A DNA stretch of 59,878 nucleotides, counting the filler, from Platydemus manokwari (taxonomy: Eukaryota), in NCBI GenBank assembly GCA_037951405.1. It is 6 parts of 6 records of this genome, joined end to end, with 100 filler letters (N's around TTAATTAATTAA, not from the genome) between each part and the next. Parts side by side here need not be neighbours in the genome. Positions count along the whole stretch, not along the records: positions 40,384 to 49,828 come from JBBMOY011248985.1; positions 49,929 to 59,878 come from JBBMOY011185878.1; 4 more parts are not named here. One strand, given 5' to 3'. Below are positions 40,562 to 57,400 of this stretch, in pieces (position 1 is the stretch's first letter; the number at the start of each line of letters is the position of its first letter). The notes beneath the pieces were generated by a model. The model searched no databases. It had not been told where the DNA came from and saw only the letters and a program-made list of their open reading frames with translations. Made by a program: the position numbers and the translations under genes.

Positions 40562-43500
40562 TGTTAAGCTATCGGTATGTGCGTATTATCTCTTTATATG
40601 CTCTTGAGAACCAATAGAAAATTGCAGTGTACGTATTTGGTTCTTCATTTGTCAGAATTCCATGTCAGTACATAAATATTATTACCAATAGGATAATTGA
40701 GATCAACAAAATTTTGTTATCGAAATATTAAAATTCATAAGGCTATTATTTATTTAAATTTTTGAATAATGCTGAATATCTATTTTTAAAACATTTTAAC
40801 AAAAAATTTCTTAATGTTTTATTTTCAAAATATTTAAAACTTTAATAACTGTTATGCTCGTTCTTTTACATGCAGCTTTTAGAAAGTTAATTACAAGATA
40901 AAAGCTAAAATTAAATAAATTTAATTTAAGAATAAAAAGTGGGCTTGACAAATATGGCTTATCTCGTTTTGTGATTAATTAAAGATTAATATTTAAATAT
41001 TATAAATCAAGTTAATTATATTGGGTCAACTCATAGTTAATTTTCTTTTAAACTTGGAAATTTCTGCAATATGAAAGAAAAGTAGTTATTTCTAATAGTT
41101 TTTATTTTCATCTTTATCTGATTAAGGTATTCTTATAATTTAACTCTCATCATTTCTTCATTTCACAGAACTCGACATCAAAAATCATTATTATATTACT
41201 GAAATACATTCAACACGAAACAGTCTTATTAATTTCGTTTATTATTTAGGAATAAATAAGCAATACTGAATTTCAACGATAAATACATAATTTAATTTTA
41301 TGTTTCTGAATATATTTCTAATGATTATATTTCCAATATAACAAGATATATGTTGATGTGATGTCAAGATGAAAATCAATAAATCTCAATAATTGTTCGC
41401 TTCTTTGGGATTGAATTTGAAATACATTGATTGAAACTGTATTAAGACGTCCAGTTTCTCATTCTTTATTTTTAGTTTTCTTCAACTCTTCACATTCTTT
41501 CTTTAGACTGCTCCGTAGTTTATCATTCTTTCCTTCTGCTAGCCTGTATTTTCTTGATATTGCGGCATATCTTGGCTATTCTGTTTGGGAATTTATCTTC
41601 TTCCACTCTTTGTATGGCATTTTCTCAATATTAGGTATACTATCAGTTTCAATATCTAGATATAGTGCCATATATATACATATATATGTGTGCGTGTGTG
41701 TGTCATAAAATTATTATAGAAAATAAAATAATATGGTAATAATAATTAAGGAAATAAGTAAAACGAACATTTCACTTGAGCATTATTAATTTGGTATTGT
41801 TGTTTTATTATTAGTAATATCTATCAGCGTTTATAATACCCACGGAAAATCTTTACTCCAATTGACATTAGAATATAAAAAATCCTGCAATTATGAATCC
41901 ACTTTTTATTATTTTAAAGGAGCTCCATTGTTCATTTATTCAAACTAATGGTTTTATTAATTTATAATTACTTTTTGTGATAGTTCTTTGACTCCATTTA
42001 CTGCCACTATCAGTGCTCATTTCCAAAACTCAAAGCTTATAGCATATTAATGCTCAAATATTTTCTTTTAATTATTTGATTTAATTCATTTTAATGGTCT
42101 AACCCACAATTCAATATATTATTCATGTCTCCTTTATATTGCAAAGTGAATATTTTAAAACAAGAATATCGTTCAAATTTTCAAATGATATTTATGCCGT
42201 TTTCTACAGTCAATAATATTAGGACATGGACTTAAACATTATGGGTCAATGATGTATCTTTTCTATTGATGGAGGTTGTATTTTTGTTATTTGGTAGCTT
42301 TTAATGGACAGATTTAATAGACAAATTTAATTTATATTATTATGTTTTTCGCAAAAAAATTACATAGCTTTCGAAATGTCTTGTTTTTCTAAAAACAAAA
42401 GTTAAATATTTCGTTAAATGTGATTATACATTATAATTATAAAAGTCTAAAGTGACATTATCTGATCGGATTCTGGTAATCTGGCTATTCGAGTAATTTT
42501 TTGGTATAAAATATATCAATAAAGAAATGCTCTCGGTAATAATTTAAAGATTGAGGAATGCCATGATTTTCTACGAAATTTCAATATTTTTGGTGCTCAT
42601 TAACAGGCTGGCATAAATTATGTAATTTGTATTCTATCTTTTCTCTAATAGTTGTTGGAAATCTTTCTTCTCGTATATTTTTCAAAAATCTTATAATGGA
42701 ATATCTTTTGATTAGAAATTCAGTTATTGGAACATTATTAACCGACCCGATTTGTTTTAGCTTTGTAATACATAAAGAAATCACATTTGTGATTGTAATT
42801 CATAACGTTGTAATCATTATCATCATGATAATAACCATTGATATTTATAAAAAACATTGGAGTGTACGTTTAAATTTGAATAAAATTTGCTCACATTTGA
42901 TATCAATTATCATATATAATAAAATATTTTTTCAAATTAAATATAAAAATTATTTGCTTACACTTGCCAAAAATAATGATGATAATAATAATATATCAAC
43001 ATAGTGATTTATCTTTAATTTTTGAAAATATTTGACAAATCATTTTAGTATCAAAAAAATAATATTCGATTATTTTGAAAAGCAAATGAGATTGTCATTC
43101 CAATAGATGATTGCTAAAATTTTAACCAAAAATGTGAACAACCATTAATAATCATTTTTCTCAATTTTAGTTTTAGAATCTAATGTTATTTGATTTATTA
43201 CGCAAATTTCCGGAGTTCTAATGACTTTCGGGCAGTAATTATATTTTATACCGTTCCTATGAAGGCTATATGAATGTCATTGGACAATATATTAATTAAA
43301 AACCTTTTATTTAGTCCTATTTGCAACCCAGTTTAGGCTTCCCAGACCTCTATTACTGTAATGGTATTTAATGCTGTTACTTCCTCTATGATCAATCTAT
43401 TTTGCCTCAATCGATTTTATATTGTTTCATCAACCTCATTATATTTATTGCACTTATGACCAATTCTAAAAAGGTCCTGAATGACAAAGAGAATGATTTA

Positions 43501-45862
43501 AATGATCGAAATGATATTATGAATCTTAACGGCAGTTTTCCAATTGAATTCATAATAAAATTCATAATACGAAGCACCACTTTTATATACTGAAATACTG
43601 AACAATAATTATAAAAACCACATCTTAACAACATATATAAGGTATTTTATGTGAATCTTGAAGAATTCCGCTTGGCTTCATATCATTAGAATATTCAATT
43701 TCTCTATCGATTCAATATCATATACACTTATTTATTTAGAAATTTACTTTTGAGGTTAACTTTGACAATTAGATGCTTCTTGACTGTTCTAGTAGTTCCA
43801 CTATAAGGTCTTGCGTATTGATCAAATGTTTGCAAATAAGAGTTTTATTGTTAATGGTTTTCCATTTCCCTTATTGCACTCAAGTCTATTTCAATAATTA
43901 ATTATTTTTAAACCAACTAATTTCTTAATTTTAACTATTATTGGTAACAAAAATGATTTTTATTCAAACTCCTACCATTAATTGTAAACTCTGCCATCAT
44001 GAATTTCGTATTTAAAGTCGTTGAATTAGGAGTCAAATTGTTTTGTTGTTTATTTTACATTTATTTACGTTTTCAACTTCTGCGAATTATAAACCATAGA
44101 AACTTATAAAACATTTTACTTTAGTATTTAAATATTTCGACACTATTATTACTCAAATATCACACATAACTTTATAGTTCATCATAATGTTTAAGTAAAA
44201 ATGAAGCTACAATAAACATTAATTATACAGTTCCATTCACAGTTTTTACATTTGATGACACATAATTCTATTTTATTCAAATTATTCAAGATTATTTTAC
44301 AACTACTATGTCTAATCACTCTCGTGAGCTCTGGTAATAAATGTTTTGTTCTTTCATCATCTTAAGACTAGGACATCTGGTAGTGAAAATTATACTTCTT
44401 TTTAGTAAGGTTTATTTTATAAATTAACACTAACAAATTAACACTAATTAGCACCAATAAATATTGACAACAATACATATTTTATTTAGCAATTATAATT
44501 GTATACACCGAAATGACAATCAAAGATTTTTGGAAAGTCACATGAAATATAACGGATGGTACAAATTATAGAATAATTTAATTATGGATTGGAATTAGAC
44601 AATCGTCCATTAAATACTGGGCATAAAACTTGTTTTTATATTATTTGAACGAAAAGCAAAAATTCTCCTATTACCAATAGTTGAGCAAAGATTCTGGTGA
44701 TTTAATAATGAACAATAATAATTTCAAAATCTGGCAGCTTATGCTAATTCGAATCCCATATCGAAATTGTTAATTATTTTGAAGTTTCGAGGATATTATT
44801 TTTGATTATTTGGAAATATGAAAATCATTTTGTTTTTTGCCTGAGATTATTTCATTATTATAAAATTATTATTATTACAATGATTGTTAATATTATTTTT
44901 TCCATTAGCATTTTAATCTCTATAGATGTTCTTTTTAAGATAATTGATTAATGAGCTCTTATATTCAGCCTGATATATCCCTAACGGGGTTATTTCATTG
45001 TTCCAATTCATTATATTCATTTCAAATTATTGCTGCTTATTATCAAGCTCTTAAACTTTAATTATTGATGACTATTTTTACACTGATATGATAATTTCCA
45101 TTATTATAATTATTGTTAAAAATTGAAATTATAGTCTTATATACCGTAATCTAATGCCGAATTTAAAAATACCAAACACATCTTTAGGAACCGCAGGATA
45201 TAACAATGGTACAAGTGGCAATGTTTTGTAACTAAGTGTCGTCAAAGTTTAGTCTACAGATTCGCACAAAAATTAGCAAATACAGCAGATGTTGCAACAT
45301 TTAAATATTTGGCTAATTTCTGCACGGATAACTTTTAGAAGATTAGTGATGATTTAATTGTAATGTTCATTCTGACATGTGTATTGTTAAGATATTGATA
45401 AGTTAAGTTAGTTTTATCAATTATATAAAAATCATTATACATCGGGCATTTAAGTGCTATTATTTCTTATAAATATACTTGATAAATTGGAGATTAATAG
45501 GTCACCCTTCAAGATTTTTTCCAATTCTTTATTATTTGACTTCAACTGTAAATATCTTGAACAAAAATTGAATTATTAAAGAACTAAATCATCGCTATTT
45601 AAAAATTGAATTATTGATTTTAATATTTTAAAAGTAATGTTCAATTTAAAAATCACAGAAATTAATTAATCAATATAACTGATTAAAAATCAATAATAAA
45701 GCCAGACCACAAAATTAAAATGATGATTTTAAAATATTTCATAAATAATTCCAATAAATTGGTAGAATCATAGAGAAAATCAAACATTTTTATGATAGAA
45801 TTTTAGATTAATTATTATTAAAATAACACTAATAATTGAAATAATAATAATAATAGCCAATA

Positions 45863-48800
45863 TTATCTAGTTCTATTGAAAATCGATTCTGATAAAGTTT
45901 CCAACATTTTCCGATAAGGAGAATCGACAAGACTTTCCAAAATTTTAAGAGCACTATCTTTATGTAACCTAGCCACGATTTTTGTTTCTTCAACACCCTT
46001 AGCCTGAAGGAAATCAATGGAATCGATGCAAAAATAAATGTCAAAATTACCTTGTGAATATATTCTAATATTTGCTCTAAATCTCCTTCCTTACTGAGTT
46101 TCCTCATAAGTATCTCATTTATCTGTGGAAACTAAAGGAAAATTTTTATCAAAAATTGAAAAGCTAATATAAATTATAATTTAGGTACAAATAATTGCTA
46201 TGAATACCGTGTTTTGGAGCTAAGCCAGTGCTTTTTAACCTTTTGTGGATATGGAATCCTTTATAAACAATTAGTTGGTCGCGGAGCGCCATGCCACTTA
46301 ACTTATTCTTGAAATTTCGTAAGAATAATGCACGTAAATATATTGAAATTCTTAACTTTTATTGATACATTTAACTACTGATCTCGTAAAATAAAAATTG
46401 CACCTTTTAGTCCAAATGTTTAACAAGCAGCAGAAAATAGTTGGGAAAGAAAAACGTGAACGATGTTATGGTGAAATAAAAGCTGATGAAAATGCAGTCA
46501 TTGCCTTCTTTTTTGTCTATGTGGAAACGAGTTGAGGAAAAATGGCTAGTGATCTCCTTAATATATTCTCATGTGGTTTTCAAATATTTCTGATATATTT
46601 ATATCATATTTATTAAGATATTATATTCTAATAATATGATTTGCACATCAAAACATGTCTGAGGCAGTTTACTATAGCAGAATTGAATAAAACAATGTTT
46701 TTGAAAAACAAGCCAAGATGTTTTTGATTTTAATATAAGCCAATCCAATTCTGACTCGAATGGAATGACAAATCTATGATGTAAAAATCTCAATCATAAA
46801 GTTGTATATATTGAGATATTCTTCAAAAATATTCATTCGAAATCTGTTTAATAGTACTGAAGGGAAAATCCATTTGTCATTTACTATCGAATAATATCAA
46901 TGGCTTGTTATGAATACTCGTTAAATGTTATTAAAATATTTTCAGAGTTTCAATATCAACTGAACCCATTTGGATTGATGAAATTTAGAACAAATATGCT
47001 AAAAAATTTTAAAAACCAAGTTAAGATAGATTTACATTTCTGGTTTGATTAGTGATAAAGCTTTCTATCGATTATAAGGTTAATGAAACATGCATAGCTG
47101 GTTGTTTATAGTTTTTAGTCATTTTTATCATTTCAAATGCATTACATTTTGACAGGGTTTATTCATTCAATTCCATTGACTCAAACAATAAGAATATTCT
47201 GATCAATTTATTAAATTAAGATGGAAAAATTGTGGAAACCAAATTAAATTCCCAAATATTTTCCAACTATAATCGAGATAACTTTATAGTGAATGTTGAG
47301 GACCATCAACAATTGGTTAAGAGATTGGTTGTTTAAAATGAATTATTGAGACATTCTCGACTAATCCTAACCATCACACAAGCTCTAATAAAATGGAAAA
47401 TCACTTATTTATTTTTCTAAATCTAAAATTTGTTACAAGTGATTCAATAAATACTATTTCCGTATCCTTGGTGAGTTGATCAAGAGTGATAGATGTAAAT
47501 TTATCTAAATGAAATAATAATTTGGCAATTCGTTGGATGGGATTGTGGGATGTAAAAATGCATTAAAATTTTTACTACAAATAAAATTGCAAATTTTCAG
47601 TGGGATTTGAATTTTTTTGTGTTTATTGAAAGAGTAAATTAACGAAAAATGATGGTGAATCTTATGTTTCCATTATCTCCATATTTCATATATTTCTGAA
47701 GGTGATAAGAAGATATTATTTATAATTCAATTTCAACCACAACAGATATTCGTAACCCAAATGTAACAAAGATGATATATAATTGAATGGAGAAATGTTT
47801 CGCCTCCAACACATCAAACTTTCCATATAAAACATTATTTCAATTATAAAGTTGAAGTGAGGGATTCTCCTAAACAAGTCATGAAATTCATGTTATTGGT
47901 ATTTTAAAATTATTGAATCAGTAGGAGGAGGGATTCGATGTTCTATCAGATACTGATGAGTAAAGATGGCTACAAAACCAGTTTGACAATTGATGATTTT
48001 ATCTATAATTTTTTCAACGTTTTGATCAATAAATCCTCCTAACATGTTGTGCACATAAACCCAGAAACAACAACGTCCATACAAATTAATGTCAAACAAT
48101 TATTTTATAATTAAATTTATTGATAGTTTTTATAATGATATTAGTTTTTATTAAATTTTTACAATACAATATTATAGAGGTCGATATTTCAGCAGATTTC
48201 TTTGCAATAAATGATAATATTCCTATAAGGTGAATGTAAACCTCATCAATATGATAATCGTAATTATTATCACGGCGTACGATTGCCAAGGGTTTTCAAC
48301 CAATCTTCATCAGACCAAAAGGCGCTACTAACCACTTGTACTTAAAACGTTTCCAGTTTAACAGAATAACAAAACAGAGCTATGTAAAACAGTTTTTTCC
48401 GCGATATAATCATTTAAACTTTCTTTTTTCAAAACTATTTTCGATTTCTCGTCTTAGGTCCATAGAAATGGATAACTACACTAAAGCAAGAAATGATATC
48501 ATCACACAAACATCGGGTCGAATATAAACGGATCTTTTTTTCTTGCTTAGATATCCGTACTTCATTACTCATGATCAGCATGGAAAAGTGCCCCAAATTG
48601 GGTGTTTAGAAAGGGTTCCATACCCACAAAAGGGTTTAAAAATATTGTTTATGATATCTCAATGTTAAAATATTAATTATCAATTAAAATGTTGTAGATC
48701 AAGTCATTATTCATATATAGCTACATGTTGTAAATCCTCAAATAATATAAAAACATTCTTTAAACAAATTTATAAACAAAAAATTTCATTCTCAAATAAT

Positions 48801-49334
48801 CCCATTCCCTACTCCAACGCTTTTATCTACAAGCTCAAATTCAATAATAAGATATTAAATTGTATTTTCTCAATAAATTTTAGATAACATCCCCGTCACC
48901 TATCTAATAATCATTAAGCAAAATTGATTTTATTTGATGAATTTATTTTTAAAAATCCAAATGTTTTGGGTATTTATTAAGCGATAAATGACCAATGAAA
49001 TTCAAGATAAAACAATAACAATGGGAACTCGTACATTTCCTAGCTAGTATGGAGGAAAATCGATTTTAATTTATATTTTAGATGGTTTGAATTCAATTTG
49101 TCGATAATATGGATTCAAAAGACATACTTTTTGTGTAGCAAATAAAACTGGTCCAGTAACAATACCAATTTTCAAATCAGCACCACAACTTGGTTTGCCT
49201 AAATGTTCTTCCGATGCAGTAACATCAAGAATATCATCAATTAATTGAAATGTCATTCCCAGATGTCTACCAAATTCAAAAGCTGCTTCTAGATCAGATA
49301 CTGACACTTGATTGTTATTCGCTAATAATGCTAC
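45863..49334 (-). CDS. PDSS1: Decaprenyl-diphosphate synthase subunit 1 (trans-prenyltransferase), last three exons
   Basis: Exons 49334-49128 (AFEFGRHLGMTFQLIDDILD...LGKP..ADLKIGIVTGPVLFA, second Asp-rich motif), 46131-46051 (FPQINEILMRKLSKEGDLE), 46003-45863 (AKGVEETK...IFNRTR*). All junctions phase 0, GT-AG. Confidence 0.92.
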
Positions 49335-50561
49335 CTGGGAATTTATTATTCACGCGATAATTCAATGAGCAAATATATAATTATGAAAATAATATTTATA
49401 TATAATATTTATAAACTTGTTCCATATAATTAATTGCAAATAAAGATTTCCAGGAAAATTAGATTTTATATTATAATTTAGGAATTAAGGAAAACACATT
49501 AGTAGCATGAGGGTTTTGAAAATCATTTGGAAATAAAAGATTTCTTCAATATCAGGTTTATTTCAATATTTATGAAGATATATACTTTATCATCAAAGAG
49601 AAATAGCAATGGAATTATTTTTGAAAATATCTTATGAAAAATATTTTTCATCTCATTATTGTTTTAAGACTGAAATAAATCCATTGTCAAACACTGACAT
49701 TAATCGTATTAAAATAAATAATCTTCGCCGCTTTTGGAAATAATATAATAATATTTTTCTAGTGTTTCTATTTTTGAAATAATCGACCATTTAAAACATG
49801 TAAAATAAATGTTAATAGAAAATTTAAGNNNNNNNNNNNNNNNNNNNNNNNNNNNNNNNNNNNNNNNNNNNNTTAATTAATTAANNNNNNNNNNNNNNNN
49901 NNNNNNNNNNNNNNNNNNNNNNNNNNNNCAATCAACAACCATAACTGATAGTAATCCTATCTACTAGAAAATCGAGCAATTCTCTAAGAATCTCAAACAA
50001 GCAAAATTACCGGACGTACCAAAGGATTAACCAATTTTATATAAAGATGTGAGGACTTGTGCCACCGCATCGTGAAGATTCTTATGTTTATACTAAATAA
50101 ATTTTATCCCCTTTCTTATTGTGTGTTAATATTTTAAAATTTAATTTACTATTTTAGGGAATTTTGACGGAATTGCTCTAGGTGGGTTTAACTAATATTA
50201 TTATTTTGCGTATATAAATAATAATTATTATAAATATCAATATTTCAAACTGGATTTTGCTAAAAAATTCCAAAAGTTGTCAAAATATAAAAAATACATG
50301 GTGATTAAATAAAAATTAATACTCATTTTATACGTTTTGTGATGTATGGTTGCAAAAATGTACACAGTATTACGTATAGTTTTTCCAATGTGAATTAATT
50401 GTTGGGTCAGAACCCCGACACACTGTTATTTTCTTGAAACCCAAATAATAATAAGTAATAAGTCCCCTAACTCCGAAACGTATCAAATCTAATATAAAAA
50501 TAATAAAATTTCGCGACCACAACAACACATCATGCTAATGAAAAGGTATATATATATATAT

Positions 50562-51125
50562 ACCGTGCTATTAATAAGTGCCGTCTCTGAAACTAAAATA
50601 AAACAACAGTAAGAACAAACTAAATGTATTGAGTTACTTCAATACTCAACAAAACACAATAACAGTAAGAACAAATAACGGTAAATGATAAGCAATTTCA
50701 TTGCAACTGTTCAAAATGTTCACCAGCTTGCTTCAAACAGAGATTGCATCGTTTCCAGAAGCTTAAATAACGTTTACGGATGACTTTTTGATTGATGTTT
50801 ATTAATTCATGTGAAATTGCTTCTTCAAGTTCGTTGAGGATTGTATGATTGCTATGGATTGCATAAAATCGATCTTTGATATAGCTCTATGGCCAAAAGT
50901 TCAACATTGTGAGGTCTGGAGATCTTGGTGACCATTACTTCAGTGTGTAAAATCAAGCCATTGTCGCACTGGAATTCTGGAATGAAGCGGGGCACCATCG
51001 TTTTGATACTAATGTTTATACCAATAATCAGCGAATAAGAATAAATATCAATGAGTATAAATATGTGAGTAAAAATTATATTGTGTTTTGTTTTTCTGTT
51101 TCAGTTTTAGAGACGTTTCCATTTT
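50562..51125 (-). mobile_element. Internally deleted Tc1/mariner-superfamily element
   Basis: Reverse strand reads QNDGAPLH and WSPRSPDLTMLNFWP*SYIKDRFY (cf. WPPRSPDLTP.DF.LWG.LK). Imperfect inverted repeats CGTCTCTGAAACTAAAA / TTTCAGTTTTAGAGACG. The left end abuts a (TA)n run. Confidence 0.8.
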
Positions 51126-51880
51126 GGTTTGATTTTGTCAATATTGAAACTGGTTAGCTCAAACCTTTTATACATTTTGATAATCTTATCATATTCTTGT
51201 ACTTTTTATTCTTTTATTTATTGGTTAAGGTCTGGGTTCGTGTCAAATATTTTATTTTCTTTAGATTTTCTAATGATTTTTCACAACATGGTTTTCAACT
51301 GACAAAACCCCATTTTTTTAATAAATAATTTCCAAAGATTATTTGCGTACCAAAGGCAAATTCATTCAGGCTGCAACTCCAACAATAAAGATTAAATAAT
51401 TTATGTTTACAAAATGAAAGATTTTATAAAACTTCTTATATATAATCAATTAATAGTTCTTTCTTCATTAATAGAATTTTACTCCATCTAAATTATTTTG
51501 AATTTACAATAAATTATTTAATTAAAATTTTAAATTAAAAAAAAATTATTTAAAATTTCAAAATAACACAGTCAGTTCAACTTCCCTTAAAATTCTAAAA
51601 GTTAATTAATTTATCAAAACCAATTTATAATTACATTAAGAAAAATAAATCATGTTAAAATAGTTTATTAGAAATTAATGTAATTTAACTTTAGAAAAAA
51701 GTTCGGAGCCAAAAAATTAACAATGGTCTTGTTTTACCGGATCAATTTATTTCACTTAATTGGCACAAATATAAAACATGGTAGAAGTGTAAAGCGCATG
51801 TTAGCAAATTATGTGATTTCATTTTTCTCTAATATAAAAGAAAGTTTGAATGTCTTAATGTTTTTTAGATATGAGTAAAT

Positions 51881-54793
<2,913 letters not shown>

Positions 54794-56650
54794 TGACTGA
54801 AAATAATATTTGCTGAAGTGGTTTATTTTACCGTGAAAAGATTTCTTTGTTAACTAAAAATAGTATCACACCGGTGCTGACTACACAAAAAATCGACACG
54901 ACTGTTAATTTAGAGTAACACACAAACACTATTAATACATTGATGAGTACAAGTTGAGTTCGTTATATATTACAACTCATTTTGTCACACATTTATTTGG
55001 ACCAATCAAAATCGATCTAATAGTTTGGAAAACCCAAACGGTTATTTATAAATTGTATTTGAAGGTTGCAATATCTAAGCTGACATTGATAGAATGAATA
55101 TTTGTGAATAATATTTTGTTTATTGATTATGTGAAGGAATTTTATTGATTTCGAATTTTTGAATTGGCACAATTTTAATGATAAAAGTCAATGACAAAAA
55201 TGTCATCAATAATTTCCTTTTTTGCTAGCGAGAATAGAATAGAATGTTTTGGATTTGATATAACGATTCGTTTATCTATTGCAGCTTTATCTAACATATA
55301 ACAGGAAGGAGAAATTTTCGAAGTCTATGAAAATGTTACATTCTCCCATAAAATTTCTTGGAATCTTAACATCATTTAGGGACAATATGAATTTCTTCCG
55401 ATACTATGGTCAGATTTATTTTCTGCTTGAAGATTTTATAAAATCGACCTATTATATTGATTATTGAGATTTTTATTGATGAATTCGTGTTATTCTAGTC
55501 AATCAATCTTATTATAATTGTGTAACATTCTAGTGATTATGTTTTCAATTAATTATGTTCTTTGTGTGGTGAGATATTCTGATCGAGAACGAATGAGCAA
55601 ATCACGGTGAGTGGATAAGAGTGGTTTTCAACAACCGGTTTGAAATTCATTTGTAAAAATAGGCATTACGTAAACGTTCTTCCAGTAAACAAATTTTCTA
55701 GATGATAACGGGATATCTCGTACGATCATCTTGATGTAAAATTTCTTGTAGACATTCTGTTGGAATGGTCATGATAATTTTTGACGCATTGATGAGGATT
55801 CTCATTCGACCAAGGATTATTTGTCATTGTGATTTCGTCTTATTATTGGATCGGGGAATAATATCTGTGCTTTTATTTCTGTTGTGAATTAATGTGAAAT
55901 TCTGCAATGTATTTTTGTCGACCAATGTTGTGGCACACTTGATAAAATACATTCATGACCACACTTAATAAGATATCAGCATACATCTATCAGTACTCAC
56001 TATAAACATGGATCACTCACTCTCACAGACACACACACAGACATTTACGAGTATAAGCATGTGCCGACATAATATTGAAAACATCAATCCAATTATGTCA
56101 TCATTATTTCGATACTCCGACAATTTACTAAACCAGCTTGATTTCACAATAAAAATTTTCACATATAACCGATGGAATGTAAAATAAAGTTTTGGCATGC
56201 TATTCGCTAGATATGCTACCAACAGTCAATGCAGTCATTTATGAATTTATGATGAAAAAATCGATGGGGGCATTATATGGATTTTAGACATTTTGATTAT
56301 TATAATATGCTCGTAAATATCGATTAATATTGATTTTGTCAAACATTATTTTTATTATTAAAATCTATAAATCAATGTTGTACAAAATAATATTGAAATC
56401 GATTGTTTTATAATTGAAAATAGTATTGATTTATTACCTATAATAAGAAACAAAGATTTACTTTTGAAGGGTAATACTGAGCTTTTCAAATTTGGGGTGC
56501 TATAATAGGTGTTGGATATTTTCTGGAAAAATTTCTTTTTAGTGGCTTTACATAGTTCTCGCAATAAACTGTGTTTTGCACTCTCAAGATTGATTAATGT
56601 CATGCCAACCATTTCAAGAAAGATGGTGATTTTAAGTGAGTTTCCTAAAT

Positions 56651-56954
56651 CAGTGTTCGAAAAAAAGGGGAGGGGAGCGACACTGACTTATGGTAGGACA
56701 AAATATCGATCGAATTTTTAAGATATGGAATTAGTACTGAGACCAGCCATCACCAAAAATCGAGCCAAGATCTGATGTTTTATGCCAGAATATGCAAAAA
56801 TCGATGTTATTATAAAATATATTTTGATTTTTTCGTGTTAAATTTTTTTTTATTTAAAATAATTGCTTCATTATTTTTATTTGAGCCCCTAGGGGTCGCG
56901 AAAAAATTTGAACTTGTAAAGTGGATCGCAACACAAAAAGTGTGACGACCACTG
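56651..56954. mobile_element. hAT-type MITE, copy 2 (Src intron)
   Basis: CAGTG...CACTG termini; TSD TCCTAAAT/CCCTAAAC (6/8); shares GGAATTAGTACTGAGACCAGCCATCACC and TCGCAACACAAAAA with copy 1. Confidence 0.88.
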
Positions 56955-57099
56955 CCCTAAACAATAATTCAAATTGAGTACAGAACTCTAGAGTTTCTTT
57001 AAATGACAAAGTATTATAGATTCAACAATTAATTTGAATAATAAAATTTTGTTTATTCGTAAATATTTATTTATAATTTATTTGTAAATATTTATTGAC

Positions 57100-57400
57100 A
57101 TCAAACAAGCCAATTATATAAGCAGAAAAATCACGAGTATTCTGAAATGACTGAAAATAGCATTTTCGATTAGAAGGGGACTAAGCTAGCTCACATGTAC
57201 TTCTAAAAATCTTAAAATGTGTTTGTCTGAAGATGAATGGAATATTGTAAAAGGTGGTTTGAACCTTTTGGGGACCGAAACAATTATTTCAATTACTATT
57301 GGATGTTTTTGTAAAATAATCAAGGCCAGGCCAGATTATCCTTGCTAAATTTTAAAACAACAAGCACAGATCAATATATTGATCATTTATTAATTTATCG
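57100..57400 (+). mobile_element. Possible hAT transposase remnant
   Basis: MCLSEDEWNIVKGGLNLL resembles the LS.EEW..L...L motif of hAT transposases. Confidence 0.3.

Noticed and set aside
41400-44100. Possible minus-strand gypsy remnants
   Set aside because: Too degenerate to support from the sequence alone.
55530-55620. Candidate next Src SH2 exon
   Set aside because: In-frame stop and no YSLSV or VKHY motif.
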